The translations under genes were made by a program, and so were the position numbers. Under the pieces are notes generated by a model. It made no database searches and was not told the DNA's origin. It saw only the letters and a list, made by a program, of their open reading frames with translations. This document shows positions 31,552 to 42,953 of a stretch of DNA of 64,000 nucleotides, in pieces. The DNA comes from Clostridia bacterium. Its GTDB lineage: Bacteria; Bacillota; Clostridia; TANB77; CAG-508. Numbering within the stretch: the first letter of the stretch is position 1; every line of letters begins with the position of its first letter. Location of the stretch: NCBI GenBank assembly GCA_900753245.1, contig CAADYJ010000028.1, positions 854-64,853 on the forward strand, in the 5' to 3' direction.

Positions 31552-31950
31552 ATGAATACAACAGACCCAATAGCAGATATGCTAACAAGAATAAGAAATG
31601 CAAATAATTCAAAACATAAAACTGTAGATATTCCAGCTTCTAATATGAAAAAAGCAATAGCTAAAATATTATTTGAAGAAGGATATATAAAATCATTTGA
31701 AGAAATTGAAAATGAAAATCAAGGAATTATAAGAATTACTTTAAAATATAATGAAAAAGGTGCAAAAGTAATAGACGGTTTAAAAAGAATTAGTAAACCA
31801 GGACTAAGAGTATATGCATCTAAAGATGAACTACCACAAGTATTAAACGGATTAGGAATAGCTTTAATTTCTACTTCAAAAGGAATTAAAACTGATAAAG
31901 AAGCAAGAAAAGAAGGATTAGGTGGAGAAGTTTTAGCTTATGTATGGTAA
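31552..31950 (+). CDS. rpsH: 30S ribosomal protein S8
   Basis: [13 protein letters not shown]... Confidence 0.97.
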   Translation: MNTTDPIADMLTRIRNANNSKHKTVDIPASNMKKAIAKILFEEGYIKSFEEIENENQGIIRITLKYNEKGAKVIDGLKRISKPGLRVYASKDELPQVLNGLGIALISTSKGIKTDKEARKEGLGGEVLAYVW

Positions 31951-32053
31951 TTTAACTATAACAAAGAAATGAAGGTAAGGAGTGAGATATCTTATTTAAT
32001 GAGATAATGAAAAAAATGGCGACTTACCAAGTAGAAGAAGGAGGAAAACTAAC

Positions 32054-32593
32054 ATGTCAAGAATAGGAAATAAACCTATTACTGTACCAGAAGGTGTAGA
32101 AGTAAAATTAGACAATACACACTTAACAGTAAAAGGACCTAAAGGAACATTAGAAAGAGAAATCCATAAGAACATGAAAGTTTCAATCGAAGGAAATGAA
32201 ATTACAGTAACAAGACCAAACGATGAACCTGAAAATAGAAGTTTACATGGATTAACAAGAACTCTAATTGCCAACATGATTGAAGGAGTATTAAACGAAT
32301 ACAAAAAAGAATTACAAATAGTTGGTGTTGGATATAGAGCACAAAAACAAGGAAAAAAATTAGTAATGAACTTAGGTTATTCACATCCAGTAGAAATGGA
32401 AGAACCAGAAGGAATTACATTTGATGTTCCAAATGCAAACACAATAATTGTAAGAGGAATAGACAAAGAAGTTGTTGGTCAAACAGCAGCAGTTGTAAGA
32501 ACAAAGAGACCACCAGAAGTTTATCATGGAAAAGGTATTAAATATGCTGATGAACATATTAGACGTAAAGAAGGTAAAGCTGGTAAGAAATAA
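32054..32593 (+). CDS. rplF: 50S ribosomal protein L6
   Basis: [17 protein letters not shown]... Confidence 0.97.
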   Translation: MSRIGNKPITVPEGVEVKLDNTHLTVKGPKGTLEREIHKNMKVSIEGNEITVTRPNDEPENRSLHGLTRTLIANMIEGVLNEYKKELQIVGVGYRAQKQGKKLVMNLGYSHPVEMEEPEGITFDVPNANTIIVRGIDKEVVGQTAAVVRTKRPPEVYHGKGIKYADEHIRRKEGKAGKK

Positions 32594-32724
32594 AATTTAA
32601 TAAAATAGGATAACTAAAGCTATTTGGAAACTATTTACAAGAAAAATATATTCCTTAGTTTAAGAGGAAGTGACCAAAAGGTAATGATTGTCCAATAACC
32701 TTAAGAGAAAGGAGAAATTAAAAA

Positions 32725-33084
32725 ATGATTACAAAAATCAATAGAAAAGCACAAAGAGAAAGAAGACATATTAGAGTTCGTAATAAAATAAGCGGAACAG
32801 CAGAATGTCCAAGATTATGTGTATATAGAAGCAATAAAAATCTTTTTGTACAAGTAATTGATGATGTTGCAGGAAAAACTTTAGCGCAAGCTTCTACTTT
32901 AGACAAAGAAGTAAAAACAAAACATGCAAATAAAGAAGCAGCAAAAGAAGTTGGAACATTAATAGCAAAAAGAGCAATAGAAAAAAATATTAAATCTGTA
33001 GTATATGACAGAGGCGGATACATATATCATGGAGTAGTAAAAGAATTAGCTGAAGCTGCTAGAGAAGCAGGTTTAGAATTTTAA
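32725..33084 (+). CDS. rplR: 50S ribosomal protein L18
   Basis: [26 protein letters not shown]..., [10 protein letters not shown]. Confidence 0.97.
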   Translation: MITKINRKAQRERRHIRVRNKISGTAECPRLCVYRSNKNLFVQVIDDVAGKTLAQASTLDKEVKTKHANKEAAKEVGTLIAKRAIEKNIKSVVYDRGGYIYHGVVKELAEAAREAGLEF

Positions 33085-33101
33085 AAAGGAGGGAAGATAA
33101 A

Positions 33102-33593
33102 GTGCACGAAGAGAATACACCAGAATTAAAAGAAAAAGTTGTTGCAATTAATAGAGTTGCAAAAGTTGTAAAAGGTGGTAGAACTTTCCGTTTTAGTGCT
33201 GTTGTAGTTGTAGGAGACGAAGCAGGACACGTAGGTGTAGGAAATGGAAAAGCAGCAGAAGTTCCAGACGCAATTAAAAAAGCTATTCAAGAAGCTAAAA
33301 AGAACTTAATAGAAGTTCCAATCGTAGGAACTACAATACCACACGAATATATAGGAAAATTTGGTAGCGCAAACGTTATGCTAAAACCAGCAGCAGAAGG
33401 TACTGGAATTATAGCAGGAGGAAGCGTAAGACCAGTTATAGAACTTGCAGGATATAGAGATATCCGTACTAAAGTTTTAGGAACAAACAATCCAAGAAAC
33501 GTAGTTTATGCTACAATAGAAGGATTAAAGAAAATGCAAACAATAGAACAAGTTGCAGCTAAAAGAGGTAAAAAAGTAGAAGAAATATTATAA
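33102..33593 (+). CDS. rpsE: 30S ribosomal protein S5
   Basis: [24 protein letters not shown]...; GTG start with a GGAGGG RBS. Confidence 0.96.
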   Translation: MHEENTPELKEKVVAINRVAKVVKGGRTFRFSAVVVVGDEAGHVGVGNGKAAEVPDAIKKAIQEAKKNLIEVPIVGTTIPHEYIGKFGSANVMLKPAAEGTGIIAGGSVRPVIELAGYRDIRTKVLGTNNPRNVVYATIEGLKKMQTIEQVAAKRGKKVEEIL

Positions 33594-33619
33594 AAATAAA
33601 GAGGAGGTGTAATCCCACA

Positions 33620-34054
33620 ATGAAATTAGACGAATTAAAACCAGCACAAAAAACAGAAACAAAGAAAAGAGTTGGACGTGGAATCGGTTCTGGTCTAGGA
33701 AAAACATCAGGAAGAGGACATAAAGGACAAAAAGCAAGATCTGGTGGAGGAGTTAGACGTGGATTCGAAGGAGGTCAAACACCATTATATAGAAGATTAC
33801 CAAAAAGAGGATTTACAAATATCCATGCTAAAAATTATACAGAAGTAACTTTAACAATGCTTAACAAATCAAGTAAAGACGAAGTAACTGCTGAAACATT
33901 AATAGCAGATGGAATTATATCTAAAGCAAATGACGGAATAGTTGTTATTGCTACAGGTACATTAGATAAAAAATTAACTGTTAAAGCTGTAAGATTCACT
34001 AAGGGAGCTAAAGAAAAAATAGAAGCTTTAGGTGGAAAGACAGAGGTGATTTAG
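33620..34054 (+). CDS. rplO: 50S ribosomal protein L15
   Basis: [25 protein letters not shown]. It follows rpsE directly, with no L30 gene between them. Confidence 0.96.
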   Translation: MKLDELKPAQKTETKKRVGRGIGSGLGKTSGRGHKGQKARSGGGVRRGFEGGQTPLYRRLPKRGFTNIHAKNYTEVTLTMLNKSSKDEVTAETLIADGIISKANDGIVVIATGTLDKKLTVKAVRFTKGAKEKIEALGGKTEVI

Positions 34055-35371
34055 TTGTTTAAAACAATAAAAAACGCATTAAAAACACCAGATGTTAGAA
34101 AAAGATTATTATACACACTAATACTAATAGTAGTATTTAGATTAGGATGCTACATTACAGTACCAGGAGTAAATAATTTTCAACTTGCAGAAGCATTTAA
34201 TGGGCAAGGAATGGCATCACTTATAGATTTAATATCAGGAGGAGCTTTTTCTCGTTTATCTATTTTTGCAATGTCAATTAGTCCATATATCACAGCTTCA
34301 ATTGTTATTCAATTATTAGGAATGGTTATACCAGCACTAGAAAGATTAACAAAAGAAGGTGGAGAAGAAGGAAGAAATAAAATAAATAGATATACTAAAA
34401 TGTTAACAATAGTATTAGCATTAATAGAAGGATTAGGAATTTATTTATCATATCGTTCTTCAGGTATCTTTGTAGATACAACATTTATTACAGGAGCTAC
34501 AGTAGTTATCTCATTAATGGCAGGAACAGCATTATTAATGTGGTTAGGAGAGCAAATTACAAACAAAGGAATAGGAAATGGAATTTCAATAATTATATTT
34601 GTAGGTATAATAGCAGGTTTACCATCAGCTATTACAACAATATGGAATTTAATATTTGGAACAGGAACATTTTCAACAACAGGTTTGTTAATAGCATTAG
34701 GAATAATTATAGGAGCAATTATCCTAGTTGCAGGAGTTGTATTTGTACAACAAGCTGAACGTAGAGTACCTGTACAATATTCAAAAAGAGTAGTTGGAAG
34801 AAAAATGGTAGGAGCACAAAATACAAACATACCATTAAAACTTGCAATGGCAGGAGTTATGCCAGTAATTTTTGCAAGTAGTTTCATGACATTTCCAGCA
34901 ATGATAATTCAAATGTTTGTACCAAATATTGCTACACAATCAGGATTTTGGAATGTAATATACAACTTCTCAATAGCTACATCAACATCAAATGTTGCAA
35001 TTGGATATTCAATAGCAAATGCAATAGTATACTTATTATTAATAGTAGGATTCACATTTTTCTATACTTATGCTACATTTAATCCAGCAGAAGTATCAAA
35101 CAATATAAAGAAAAATGGAGGATTTATACCAGGAATAAGAGCAGGAAAACCAACAACAGATTATTTATCATCAATAATCTCAAAACTAACAGTATTTGGT
35201 GGTTTATTCTTAGCAATAATAGCTATAATACCAATGTTATTAAGATTTACAAATCTTAACATTGCATTTGGTGGTACATCAATATTAATCGTAGTTGGTG
35301 TTGCACTAGAAACAGTACAACAATTAGAATCTCAACTTGTAATGAGACATTATAAAGGATTCTTAGAATAA
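34055..35371 (+). CDS. secY: preprotein translocase subunit SecY
   Basis: 438-aa polytopic ORF (SIFAMSISPYITASIVIQLL...). TTG start with a GAGGTG RBS. Confidence 0.96.
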   Translation: MFKTIKNALKTPDVRKRLLYTLILIVVFRLGCYITVPGVNNFQLAEAFNGQGMASLIDLISGGAFSRLSIFAMSISPYITASIVIQLLGMVIPALERLTKEGGEEGRNKINRYTKMLTIVLALIEGLGIYLSYRSSGIFVDTTFITGATVVISLMAGTALLMWLGEQITNKGIGNGISIIIFVGIIAGLPSAITTIWNLIFGTGTFSTTGLLIALGIIIGAIILVAGVVFVQQAERRVPVQYSKRVVGRKMVGAQNTNIPLKLAMAGVMPVIFASSFMTFPAMIIQMFVPNIATQSGFWNVIYNFSIATSTSNVAIGYSIANAIVYLLLIVGFTFFYTYATFNPAEVSNNIKKNGGFIPGIRAGKPTTDYLSSIISKLTVFGGLFLAIIAIIPMLLRFTNLNIAFGGTSILIVVGVALETVQQLESQLVMRHYKGFLE

Positions 35372-35382
35372 AAATAAAAAAT

Positions 35383-35418
35383 GGATGCAAAATTATATGC
35401 ATCTATTTTTTATTTTTT
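35383..35418 (+). terminator. weak terminator/attenuator after secY
   Basis: GATGCA / TGCATC stem followed by a long T-run. Confidence 0.5.
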
Positions 35419-35541
35419 GCTTTATTCTAAAAAAACAGGTCGATAAATAATAAAAATTTGCAAAAAAATGTATACTTGAGAGCTAAAAAAAGATATAATA
35501 TATAAAAAAATGAAAAAACACAAGAAAAGGAGAAATATTAT

Positions 35542-36204
35542 ATGAATATTATAATGCTAGGAAAACCAGGATCAGGAAAAGGAACAGTAGGAAAAATGTT
35601 ATCTGAACAGTTAGAAATTATCCATTTGTCAAGTGGAGAACTATTTAGAAGTTATATAAAAAAAGCAGGAGAAATAGGGAAAGAAATAGATAAATATGTA
35701 TCACAAGGTAAATTAGTGCCAGATGATTTAGCAATAAGATTAGTAGAAAAAAGATTACAAGAAATAGATTGCAAAAATGGAGTAATATTAGATGGGTTTC
35801 CAAGAACAGTAAAACAAGCTGAAGAATTAGATAAATTTTTCAAACAAAAAGGCTGTAAAATAGATATAGCAGTAGAGCTAAGATTATCAGACCAAGATAT
35901 AATAGATAGAATTGTAAAAAGAATGGTATGTTCAAATGTAGATTGCAGAGAAATATATAATACAGAATTTAAAAAACCAAAACAAGAAGGAATATGTGAT
36001 AAATGTGGAAGTAAACTTATAAAAAGACAAGATGACACAATGGAGACTGTACAACAAAGGTTAAAAACATATTATGAAACTTCAGCCAAATTAATAGATT
36101 ATTATAAAGCACAAGATTTATTATATGCAGTTAAACTAAATATACATTCAGGAAAAACATCAGAGGATGTTGCAAAAGAAGTAAAAGAATATTTAAAAAA
36201 ATAG
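35542..36204 (+). CDS. adk: adenylate kinase
   Basis: P-loop GKPGSGKGT and zinc lid CSNVDC...CDKCG. Confidence 0.96.
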   Translation: MNIIMLGKPGSGKGTVGKMLSEQLEIIHLSSGELFRSYIKKAGEIGKEIDKYVSQGKLVPDDLAIRLVEKRLQEIDCKNGVILDGFPRTVKQAEELDKFFKQKGCKIDIAVELRLSDQDIIDRIVKRMVCSNVDCREIYNTEFKKPKQEGICDKCGSKLIKRQDDTMETVQQRLKTYYETSAKLIDYYKAQDLLYAVKLNIHSGKTSEDVAKEVKEYLKK

Positions 36205-36206
36205 TA

Positions 36207-36243
36207 AAAAAGCTAGAAAAATGTTTATTTTTTCTAGCTTTTA
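36207..36243 (+). terminator. rho-independent terminator after adk
   Basis: AAAGCTAGAAAAA / TTTTTCTAGCTTT stem plus T-run. Confidence 0.7.
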
Positions 36244-36285
36244 TGTTATAATAAATGCTAGTGTTTAAGAGAAAAGGAGGATAAA

Positions 36286-37056
36286 ATGGTAACTATAAAA
36301 TCAAAACAAGAAATAGAAAAAATGAGAGAGGCTTGTAGAGTAGCTGCTTTAGCGCAAAAAGCAGTAGAAGAAGCAATAAAACCAGGAATATCTACATGGG
36401 AACTAGATAAAATAGCGGAAAATGAAATGAGAAAAAATGGAGCAATACCAGCAGAGAAAGGATATCCAAGTGGAGTAAAAGGAGTACCAAATTTTCCAGG
36501 ATCTATATGTGCATCAGTTAATGATGAAGTTATACATGGAATACCTTCTAAAAAAGTTATATTAAAAGAAGGAGATATAGTAAGCATAGATTTGGTTGCA
36601 TATAAAGATGGATTTAATGGAGATTCTGCAAGAACATATACTGTTGGAAAAATAGATAAAGAATCACAAAAATTAATAGAAATTACAAAACAATCTTTTT
36701 ACGAAGGAATAAAGTATGCCAAAAAAGGAAATAGATTAGGCGATGTATGTCATGCAATAGGAGAATTTGTAGAAAAGAACGGATTTAATGTAGTAAAAGA
36801 ATTTCAAGGTCATGGAATAGGAAGACAAATGCATGAAGATCCAGGAATACCAAACTATGGAAGAGCAGGAAGAGGAATAAGATTAGAACCAGGAATGACA
36901 CTTGCAATAGAACCTATGGTAATGGCGGGTTCTGATGAAATATTAGAATTAGATGATGGATGGACAATTGTTACTGAAGATGGTAAAAGAGCAGCACATT
37001 ATGAAAATACAATTTTAATTACAGAAAATGAACCAGAAATATTGACAAAGCTATAA
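36286..37056 (+). CDS. map: type I methionyl aminopeptidase
   Basis: 256 aa with DIVSIDLVA..., [20 protein letters not shown]. Confidence 0.95.
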   Translation: MVTIKSKQEIEKMREACRVAALAQKAVEEAIKPGISTWELDKIAENEMRKNGAIPAEKGYPSGVKGVPNFPGSICASVNDEVIHGIPSKKVILKEGDIVSIDLVAYKDGFNGDSARTYTVGKIDKESQKLIEITKQSFYEGIKYAKKGNRLGDVCHAIGEFVEKNGFNVVKEFQGHGIGRQMHEDPGIPNYGRAGRGIRLEPGMTLAIEPMVMAGSDEILELDDGWTIVTEDGKRAAHYENTILITENEPEILTKL

Positions 37057-37153
37057 AAATATTATATACTATATTAGCTATTGTGTATACTTATGGAAAA
37101 AATGTGCAAAAAAATACAATAATAGTAAAAACAATAGAAAATTGGAGGGTAAT

Positions 37154-37372
37154 ATGGCAAAAGAGGATGTTATTGAAGTAGAAGGAACAGTAGTAGAAAC
37201 ACTACCAAATACTAATTTTAAAGTTGAACTTGAAAATGGACATCAAATATTAGCCCATATTTCTGGTAAATTAAGAATGAATTATATTAAAATATTACCA
37301 GGAGATAAAGTAAAAGTAGAACTTTCTCCATACGACTTAACAAGAGGACGTATTACATGGAGAGCAAAATAA
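37154..37372 (+). CDS. infA: translation initiation factor IF-1
   Basis: [30 protein letters not shown]...; 72 aa from the ATG at 37154. Confidence 0.96.
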   Translation: MAKEDVIEVEGTVVETLPNTNFKVELENGHQILAHISGKLRMNYIKILPGDKVKVELSPYDLTRGRITWRAK

Positions 37373-37541
37373 GTTAAAAAAGTATGTAATACAAAAAGAA
37401 ACTATGAGGTGCTTTGGTGAGATGTATAAATCTCATTTAGCCTGATATCTTATACATCTGACCATTACACATCATATATTTGTAATACATAATTTTAATA
37501 GGTTATAAAGATAATCAATATTGCAGGAGGTGTGGTTAAGA

Positions 37542-37655
37542 ATGAAAGTAAGACCATCAGTAAAGAAAATTTGCGAAAAATGCAAAATCATTAAAAGAAA
37601 AGGTGTTATAAGGGTAATTTGTGAAAACCCAAAACACAAACAAAGACAAGGCTAA
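37542..37655 (+). CDS. rpmJ: 50S ribosomal protein L36
   Basis: Not in the ORF track (under 60 aa). ATG 37542 after a GGAGGTG RBS; [37 protein letters not shown]. Confidence 0.93.
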   Translation: MKVRPSVKKICEKCKIIKRKGVIRVICENPKHKQRQG

Positions 37656-37863
37656 CTAAATAAAACTTATGATATTAACACAAGTTTGGAAGCGGCTGTA
37701 AATTCTTAAGAATTTATATAAATCAAATTTGTGTTTATATACATGTCTAATAAAAAATATTAAAGATCGGACCTTTTTTCCGATGCATTTCACCTTTAAT
37801 ACTTTGAAAATAGACAAACTATAAAATTAATTAATAAATTAAATTTGGAGGTGCTAAAAAAAT

Positions 37864-38229
37864 ATGGCTCGTATAGCAGGAGTAGATTTACCTAGAGAAA
37901 AAAGAGTAGAAATAGGACTAACATACATATATGGGATAGGACTATCAACTTCTCAAAAAATATTAAAAGATGCTGGTGTAGATCCAGATACAAGAGTAAA
38001 AGACTTAACAGGAGAACAAGAACAAGCTATTAGAAAAGCAATGGAAGGAATGACAGTAGAAGGAGACTTAAGAAGAGAAGTTGCTTTAAACATTAAAAGA
38101 CTTACAGAAATCGGATGCTACAGAGGAATAAGACATAGAAGAGGTCTTCCTGTAAGAGGACAAAGAACAAAAACTAACGCTCGTACAAGAAAAGGACCAA
38201 GAAAATTAGTAAGTAAAAGCAAAAAATAG
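37864..38229 (+). CDS. rpsM: 30S ribosomal protein S13
   Basis: [26 protein letters not shown]... Confidence 0.97.
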   Translation: MARIAGVDLPREKRVEIGLTYIYGIGLSTSQKILKDAGVDPDTRVKDLTGEQEQAIRKAMEGMTVEGDLRREVALNIKRLTEIGCYRGIRHRRGLPVRGQRTKTNARTRKGPRKLVSKSKK

Positions 38230-38323
38230 AAATTAAAAGGACATAGTGCTTATATCATATCTATATTGAAAATGGTAAAAGATAAAAAAGTGTCCCCTGA
38301 CATATAATAAGGAGGTAAAATAA

Positions 38324-38722
38324 ATGGCAAAGCCTGTAACAAAAAGAACAACAACTAGAAGAAGAGATAGAAAAAATATCGAAAAAGGTATGGCTCATAT
38401 TCATTCTAGCTTTAACAATACAATAGTTACAATTACAGATGTTCAAGGAAATGCAATTTCTTGGGCAAGTGCTGGAGAATTAGGATTTAAAGGTTCTAGA
38501 AAAAGCACACCTTTTGCAGCAGGAGAAGCTGCAGAAACAGCTGCAAAAGCAGCAATGGAACATGGTTTAAAATCAGTTGAAGTATTTGTAAAAGGACCTG
38601 GTTCAGGACGTGAAGCAGCAATTCGTTCATTACAAACAGCTGGATTAGAAATAACAAGTATTAAAGATGTAACACCAATTCCACACAATGGTTGTAGACC
38701 ACCAAAAAGAAGAAGAGTATAG
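38324..38722 (+). CDS. rpsK: 30S ribosomal protein S11
   Basis: [15 protein letters not shown]..., [18 protein letters not shown]. Confidence 0.97.
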   Translation: MAKPVTKRTTTRRRDRKNIEKGMAHIHSSFNNTIVTITDVQGNAISWASAGELGFKGSRKSTPFAAGEAAETAAKAAMEHGLKSVEVFVKGPGSGREAAIRSLQTAGLEITSIKDVTPIPHNGCRPPKRRRV

Positions 38723-38750
38723 AAATAAAATATAAAGAGGAGGAGAAAAA

Positions 38751-39377
38751 ATGGCAAGATACAAAGATGAACAATGCCGTATTTGCCGTAGAGAAGGACA
38801 AAAGTTATTCTTAAAAGGTTCAAGATGTTATACTGATAAATGCAGCATTTCTAGAAGAAATTATGCACCAGGACAAAATGGACAAAAAAAGAAGAAACTT
38901 TCTGAATATGGTACACAATTAAGAGAAAAACAAAAAACAAAAGCATTTTATGGAGTAAGTGAAAAACAATTTAGAAAATATTTTGATATGGCTTCAAAAA
39001 CAAAAGGAAAAACAGGTGAAGTATTACTACAAATACTAGAAAGCAGATTAGACAATGTAGTATACAGATTAGGATATGGAAGTTCAAGAGCACAATCAAG
39101 AATGTTAATAACACATGGAGCTTTTGAAGTAAACGGACATAAAGTTGATATCCCATCATATTTAGTAAAAGCTGGAGATGTTATCGCAGTAAGAGAAATC
39201 AGAAAAGATAATGGAGCTATAAAACTAAATGTTGAAGAAAATTCAGCAAGACCAGTTCCAGAATGGTTAGAAAAAGATATAGAAAAATTAAGTGGTAAAG
39301 TAGTAAGATTAGCATCTAGAGCAGATGTTGACCTACCAGTAGAAGAACATTTAATAGTAGAGCTTTACTCAAAATAA
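38751..39377 (+). CDS. rpsD: 30S ribosomal protein S4
   Basis: [16 protein letters not shown]...CYTDKC zinc form, with an S4 RNA-binding domain. Confidence 0.96.
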   Translation: MARYKDEQCRICRREGQKLFLKGSRCYTDKCSISRRNYAPGQNGQKKKKLSEYGTQLREKQKTKAFYGVSEKQFRKYFDMASKTKGKTGEVLLQILESRLDNVVYRLGYGSSRAQSRMLITHGAFEVNGHKVDIPSYLVKAGDVIAVREIRKDNGAIKLNVEENSARPVPEWLEKDIEKLSGKVVRLASRADVDLPVEEHLIVELYSK

Positions 39378-39519
39378 TAAAATAATAATTAAATATATCA
39401 TAAAATCTTTAAAAAAGATAGATTGTTTTTTAAGAAGTAAAGTACTAGGGGATTTGAAAAAGTTTTTAGATGAAAGAATTAAAACCTCGCACTTAGAACT
39501 TCTAAAATAGGAGGTAAAA

Positions 39520-40467
39520 ATGATAGAATTTGAAAGGCCAAATATTAAATGCTTAGAAATAGATAATGAAACAAATTACGCAAAATTTGTTTGCGAACCA
39601 TTAGAACGTGGTTATGGAGTAACAATAGGAAACTCTTTAAGAAGAATATTACTTTCTTCTTTACCAGGAGCTGCTATTACAAGTGTAAAAATTGAAGGTG
39701 TAGTACATGAATTCTCTACTATTCCAAATGTTGTAGAAGATGTACCAGAAATAATAGTAAACCTAAAAATGGTAAGACTAAAACTTTATGAAAATGAAGA
39801 AAAAACAATTCGTATCGATGTAAAAGGCGAAGGTGAAGTAAAAGCAGGAGATATTATTACTGATAGCTCAGTAGAAGTATTAAATCCAGATTTACATATA
39901 GCAACTTTATCAGAAGGTGCACATCTTCAAATGGAAATGACAGTTGATATGGGTAGAGGTTATAATTCAGCAGAGAAAAACAAAAAAGAAAATCAACCTT
40001 TAGGAGTATTACCAATAGACTCAATATATACACCAGTTAAAAAAGTAAACTATGCAGTAGAAAATACAAGAGTTGGTCAAAACATAGACTATGATAAATT
40101 AACAATAGAACTATGGACAGATGGAAGTTTAGCTCCATATGAAGCATTAAGTTTAGCTGCAAAAGTAATGACTGGACACTTAGAATTATTTATAGATTTA
40201 TCAGAAACAGCCAAAAATACTCAAGTAATGATTGAAAAAGAAGAAAACAAGAAAGAAAAAGTATTAGAAATGTCAATTGAAGACTTAGAATTATCTGTAA
40301 GATCATTCAATTGTTTAAAAAGAGCTGGTATTTCAACAGTAGAAGATATTACTAATATGACAGAACCAGAAATGATGAAAGTAAGAAACTTAGGTAAAAA
40401 ATCATTAGATGAAGTTACTGCTAAATTACATTCATTAGGTTTAGACTTCGCAAGAGAAGAAGATTAG
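39520..40467 (+). CDS. rpoA: DNA-directed RNA polymerase subunit alpha
   Basis: 315 aa; [26 protein letters not shown] and a C-terminal alpha-CTD ([16 protein letters not shown]). Confidence 0.97.
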   Translation: MIEFERPNIKCLEIDNETNYAKFVCEPLERGYGVTIGNSLRRILLSSLPGAAITSVKIEGVVHEFSTIPNVVEDVPEIIVNLKMVRLKLYENEEKTIRIDVKGEGEVKAGDIITDSSVEVLNPDLHIATLSEGAHLQMEMTVDMGRGYNSAEKNKKENQPLGVLPIDSIYTPVKKVNYAVENTRVGQNIDYDKLTIELWTDGSLAPYEALSLAAKVMTGHLELFIDLSETAKNTQVMIEKEENKKEKVLEMSIEDLELSVRSFNCLKRAGISTVEDITNMTEPEMMKVRNLGKKSLDEVTAKLHSLGLDFAREED

Positions 40468-40534
40468 TAATAAAATAATTAGAGAGAACAGAATACTCAA
40501 TAAAAAACTAAAAAAATTAGAGGAGGAAAATACA

Positions 40535-41059
40535 GTGGCAATTAATAGAAAATTAGGTAAAACAACAGATATTCGTATGGCGATGCTTAAATGCCAATTA
40601 ACAGACTTAATTTTACATGGAAAAATAGAAACCACAGAAGCTAGAGCCAAAGAAGTAAAAGCAATGGCAGACAGCATTATTTCCTTAGCAATAAAAGAAA
40701 AAGATAATTTTGAAATGGTAGACACAAAAGTTGTAAAAGCAAAATTAGACAGTAAAGGAAATAAAGAAACAGAACTTGTAAAAAGTAAAAATGGAAAAGA
40801 ATATTTAAAAGTTGTAAAAGAAGAAAAAACAGAAAAAAGACAAAAAGATATGCCATCAAGATTAAATGCAAGAAGAAAAATGATGAAAATGATGAATAAG
40901 GTAAAAGACGAAAAAGGAAATAATATCGATTTACCTGCAAAATTATTTAACGAAATCGCTCCAAAATATGAAGGAAGAGTTGGTGGATATACACGTATAG
41001 TTAAAGTTGGACCTCGTAGAGGAGACGCAGCAGAAGTAGTTATTTTACAATTAGTATAA
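40535..41059 (+). CDS. rplQ: 50S ribosomal protein L17 with an internal K/E-rich insertion
   Basis: L17 N-terminus ([36 protein letters not shown]) and C-terminus ([18 protein letters not shown]) flank roughly 50 extra residues. GTG start with a GGAGG RBS. Confidence 0.92.
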   Translation: MAINRKLGKTTDIRMAMLKCQLTDLILHGKIETTEARAKEVKAMADSIISLAIKEKDNFEMVDTKVVKAKLDSKGNKETELVKSKNGKEYLKVVKEEKTEKRQKDMPSRLNARRKMMKMMNKVKDEKGNNIDLPAKLFNEIAPKYEGRVGGYTRIVKVGPRRGDAAEVVILQLV

Positions 41060-41071
41060 TATATAAAATAG

Positions 41072-41104
41072 AAAAACTTAGTATAAACTAGGTTTTTTTA
41101 TTTT
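41072..41104 (+). terminator. terminator after rplQ
   Basis: AACTTAGT / ACTAGGTT imperfect stem followed by T7. Confidence 0.6.
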
Positions 41105-41128
41105 TACAAAAAAATGTTCGTAAAAGTA

Positions 41129-41157
41129 TTGACAAAAACTAAAGAAATGAATACAAT
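41129..41157 (+). promoter_or_regulatory. candidate promoter of recN
   Basis: TTGACA, 17 nt, TACAAT. Confidence 0.45.
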
Positions 41158-41162
41158 AAATA

Positions 41163-41176
41163 CGAACATATTTTCT
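41163..41176 (+). promoter_or_regulatory. LexA (SOS) box-like operator upstream of recN
   Basis: CGAACATATTTTCT compared with the Firmicute consensus CGAAC-N4-GTTCG: left half perfect, right half TTTC. It overlaps the predicted transcription start. Confidence 0.45.
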
Positions 41177-41191
41177 TGTGGAGGAATGAAA

Positions 41192-42817
41192 ATGATAACA
41201 AATTTGCATATAAAAAATATAGGAATAATAGATGATATAAATATAGAATTAGATTCAGGTTTAAATATTCTATCTGGGGAAACAGGAGCAGGAAAAACAC
41301 TAATAATAGATTCTATTGGTATTATATGTGGTAATCGTTTTTCAAAAGAAATGATGAGAAATGGAGAAAAACACTCATGTGTTGAAGCATGTATATATAT
41401 GCCAGAAAATGAAAATGCAATAGATGGAAACATTATTGTATCAAGAGAAATGTATGATAATGGTAGAAATTTATGCAAAATTAATGGAAGATTAGTAACA
41501 GTAAATGAATTAAAAGAATTTATGAAAAATATTATAGATATACATGGACAAAATGATAACCAAACATTATTGGATAGAACTTCTCATATTGCTTATTTAG
41601 ACAGTTTTATAGGGAAAAGAATATATGAATTAAAAACAGAATATAGAGAGTTGTTTGAGGAATATAACAAAATAAAAGAGGAACTAAGCAACAACTATGG
41701 AGATGAAAAAGAAAAACAAAGAAAGTTAGATTTATTAAGATATCAATTAAAAGAAATAGAAGAGGTATCCTTAAAAGAAGGAGAAGATGAAGAATTAGAA
41801 GAAAAAAGAAAGATAATAAATAATTCTGAAAAAATAATGGAAAACCTAACAATAGTTGATAATACCTTAACAGAAGAAACAATAGATAGTATTAATACAT
41901 CAATAAGAGCTTTAGAAAAGTTAGAAAGTATAGATAAAAAATATGAAGAAAAGCTAACTGAATTAAAAAATGTATATTATGATATACAAGAAATAGCAAG
42001 AGATATTAATTCAATGAAAGAAGATATTTCGTATAGTGAGGAAGAAAGAAATGAAATAGAAGAGCGTCTAGATGTTATATTTTCATTAAAAAGAAAATAT
42101 GGAAACACAATAGAAGACATATTAAAATATAAGGATAAAGTGCAAGAAGAAATATATGAAATAGAAAATGTAGACGAAATAAATAATAAATTGAAAAAAA
42201 GATTGAAACAATTAGAAGATAAAATGTATGAAATATCACTTAAAATGAATAAAATTAGGGAAGAAAGTGCAAAAGAATTATCAGAAAAAATAAACAATGA
42301 ATTATCAGATTTAGATATGAAAAATTCAAAGTTTCATGCAAAAGTAGAATTAAAAAAGAGAGAAGAATTTAATAAAAATGGATTAAGTTTTGTAGAATTT
42401 TTAATACTAACAAATGTAGGTGGAGAAGAAAAGCCTCTTATAAAAATTGCATCAGGAGGAGAAATGTCAAGAATAATGTTAGCAATAAAATCAGTATTAA
42501 CAGAGGTTGATAAAACGCCAATTCTAATATTTGATGAAATAGATACTGGAATAAGCGGAAGTGCTGGAAGAGCCATAGGTAAAAAAATGAAACAAATAGC
42601 TAAAAAACATCAGATATTATGCATTACACATTTAGCAAGTATTGCAGCAAAAGGAGATTATAATTATTATATATCAAAAATAGTAGATAATGGACAAACA
42701 AAAACTAAAGTAAACAAACTAACAGAAGAAGAAACAATAAAAGAAATAGCAAGAATAGCAAATGGAGAAGTAACAAAAACAGCAATAGAACACGCAAAAG
42801 AACTTAGAAATGAATAA
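41192..42817 (+). CDS. recN: DNA repair protein RecN
   Basis: MITNLHIKNIGIIDD..., Walker A GETGAGKT, long coiled coil, and signature/Walker B (ASGGEMSRIMLAIK, ILIFDEIDTGISG). Confidence 0.93.
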   Translation: MITNLHIKNIGIIDDINIELDSGLNILSGETGAGKTLIIDSIGIICGNRFSKEMMRNGEKHSCVEACIYMPENENAIDGNIIVSREMYDNGRNLCKINGRLVTVNELKEFMKNIIDIHGQNDNQTLLDRTSHIAYLDSFIGKRIYELKTEYRELFEEYNKIKEELSNNYGDEKEKQRKLDLLRYQLKEIEEVSLKEGEDEELEEKRKIINNSEKIMENLTIVDNTLTEETIDSINTSIRALEKLESIDKKYEEKLTELKNVYYDIQEIARDINSMKEDISYSEEERNEIEERLDVIFSLKRKYGNTIEDILKYKDKVQEEIYEIENVDEINNKLKKRLKQLEDKMYEISLKMNKIREESAKELSEKINNELSDLDMKNSKFHAKVELKKREEFNKNGLSFVEFLILTNVGGEEKPLIKIASGGEMSRIMLAIKSVLTEVDKTPILIFDEIDTGISGSAGRAIGKKMKQIAKKHQILCITHLASIAAKGDYNYYISKIVDNGQTKTKVNKLTEEETIKEIARIANGEVTKTAIEHAKELRNE

Positions 42818-42953
42818 AAAACGACAAAAATGGAATTAACTGTAAAAAAACAATAAAAAGACTTGAAAAATAAAAAAATAAATGTTATAATATAAAAAGT
42901 TACTGTAAATTAATATTTTTCTAAGTTGAAAAATATTCACAAAAGGAGGTAAT

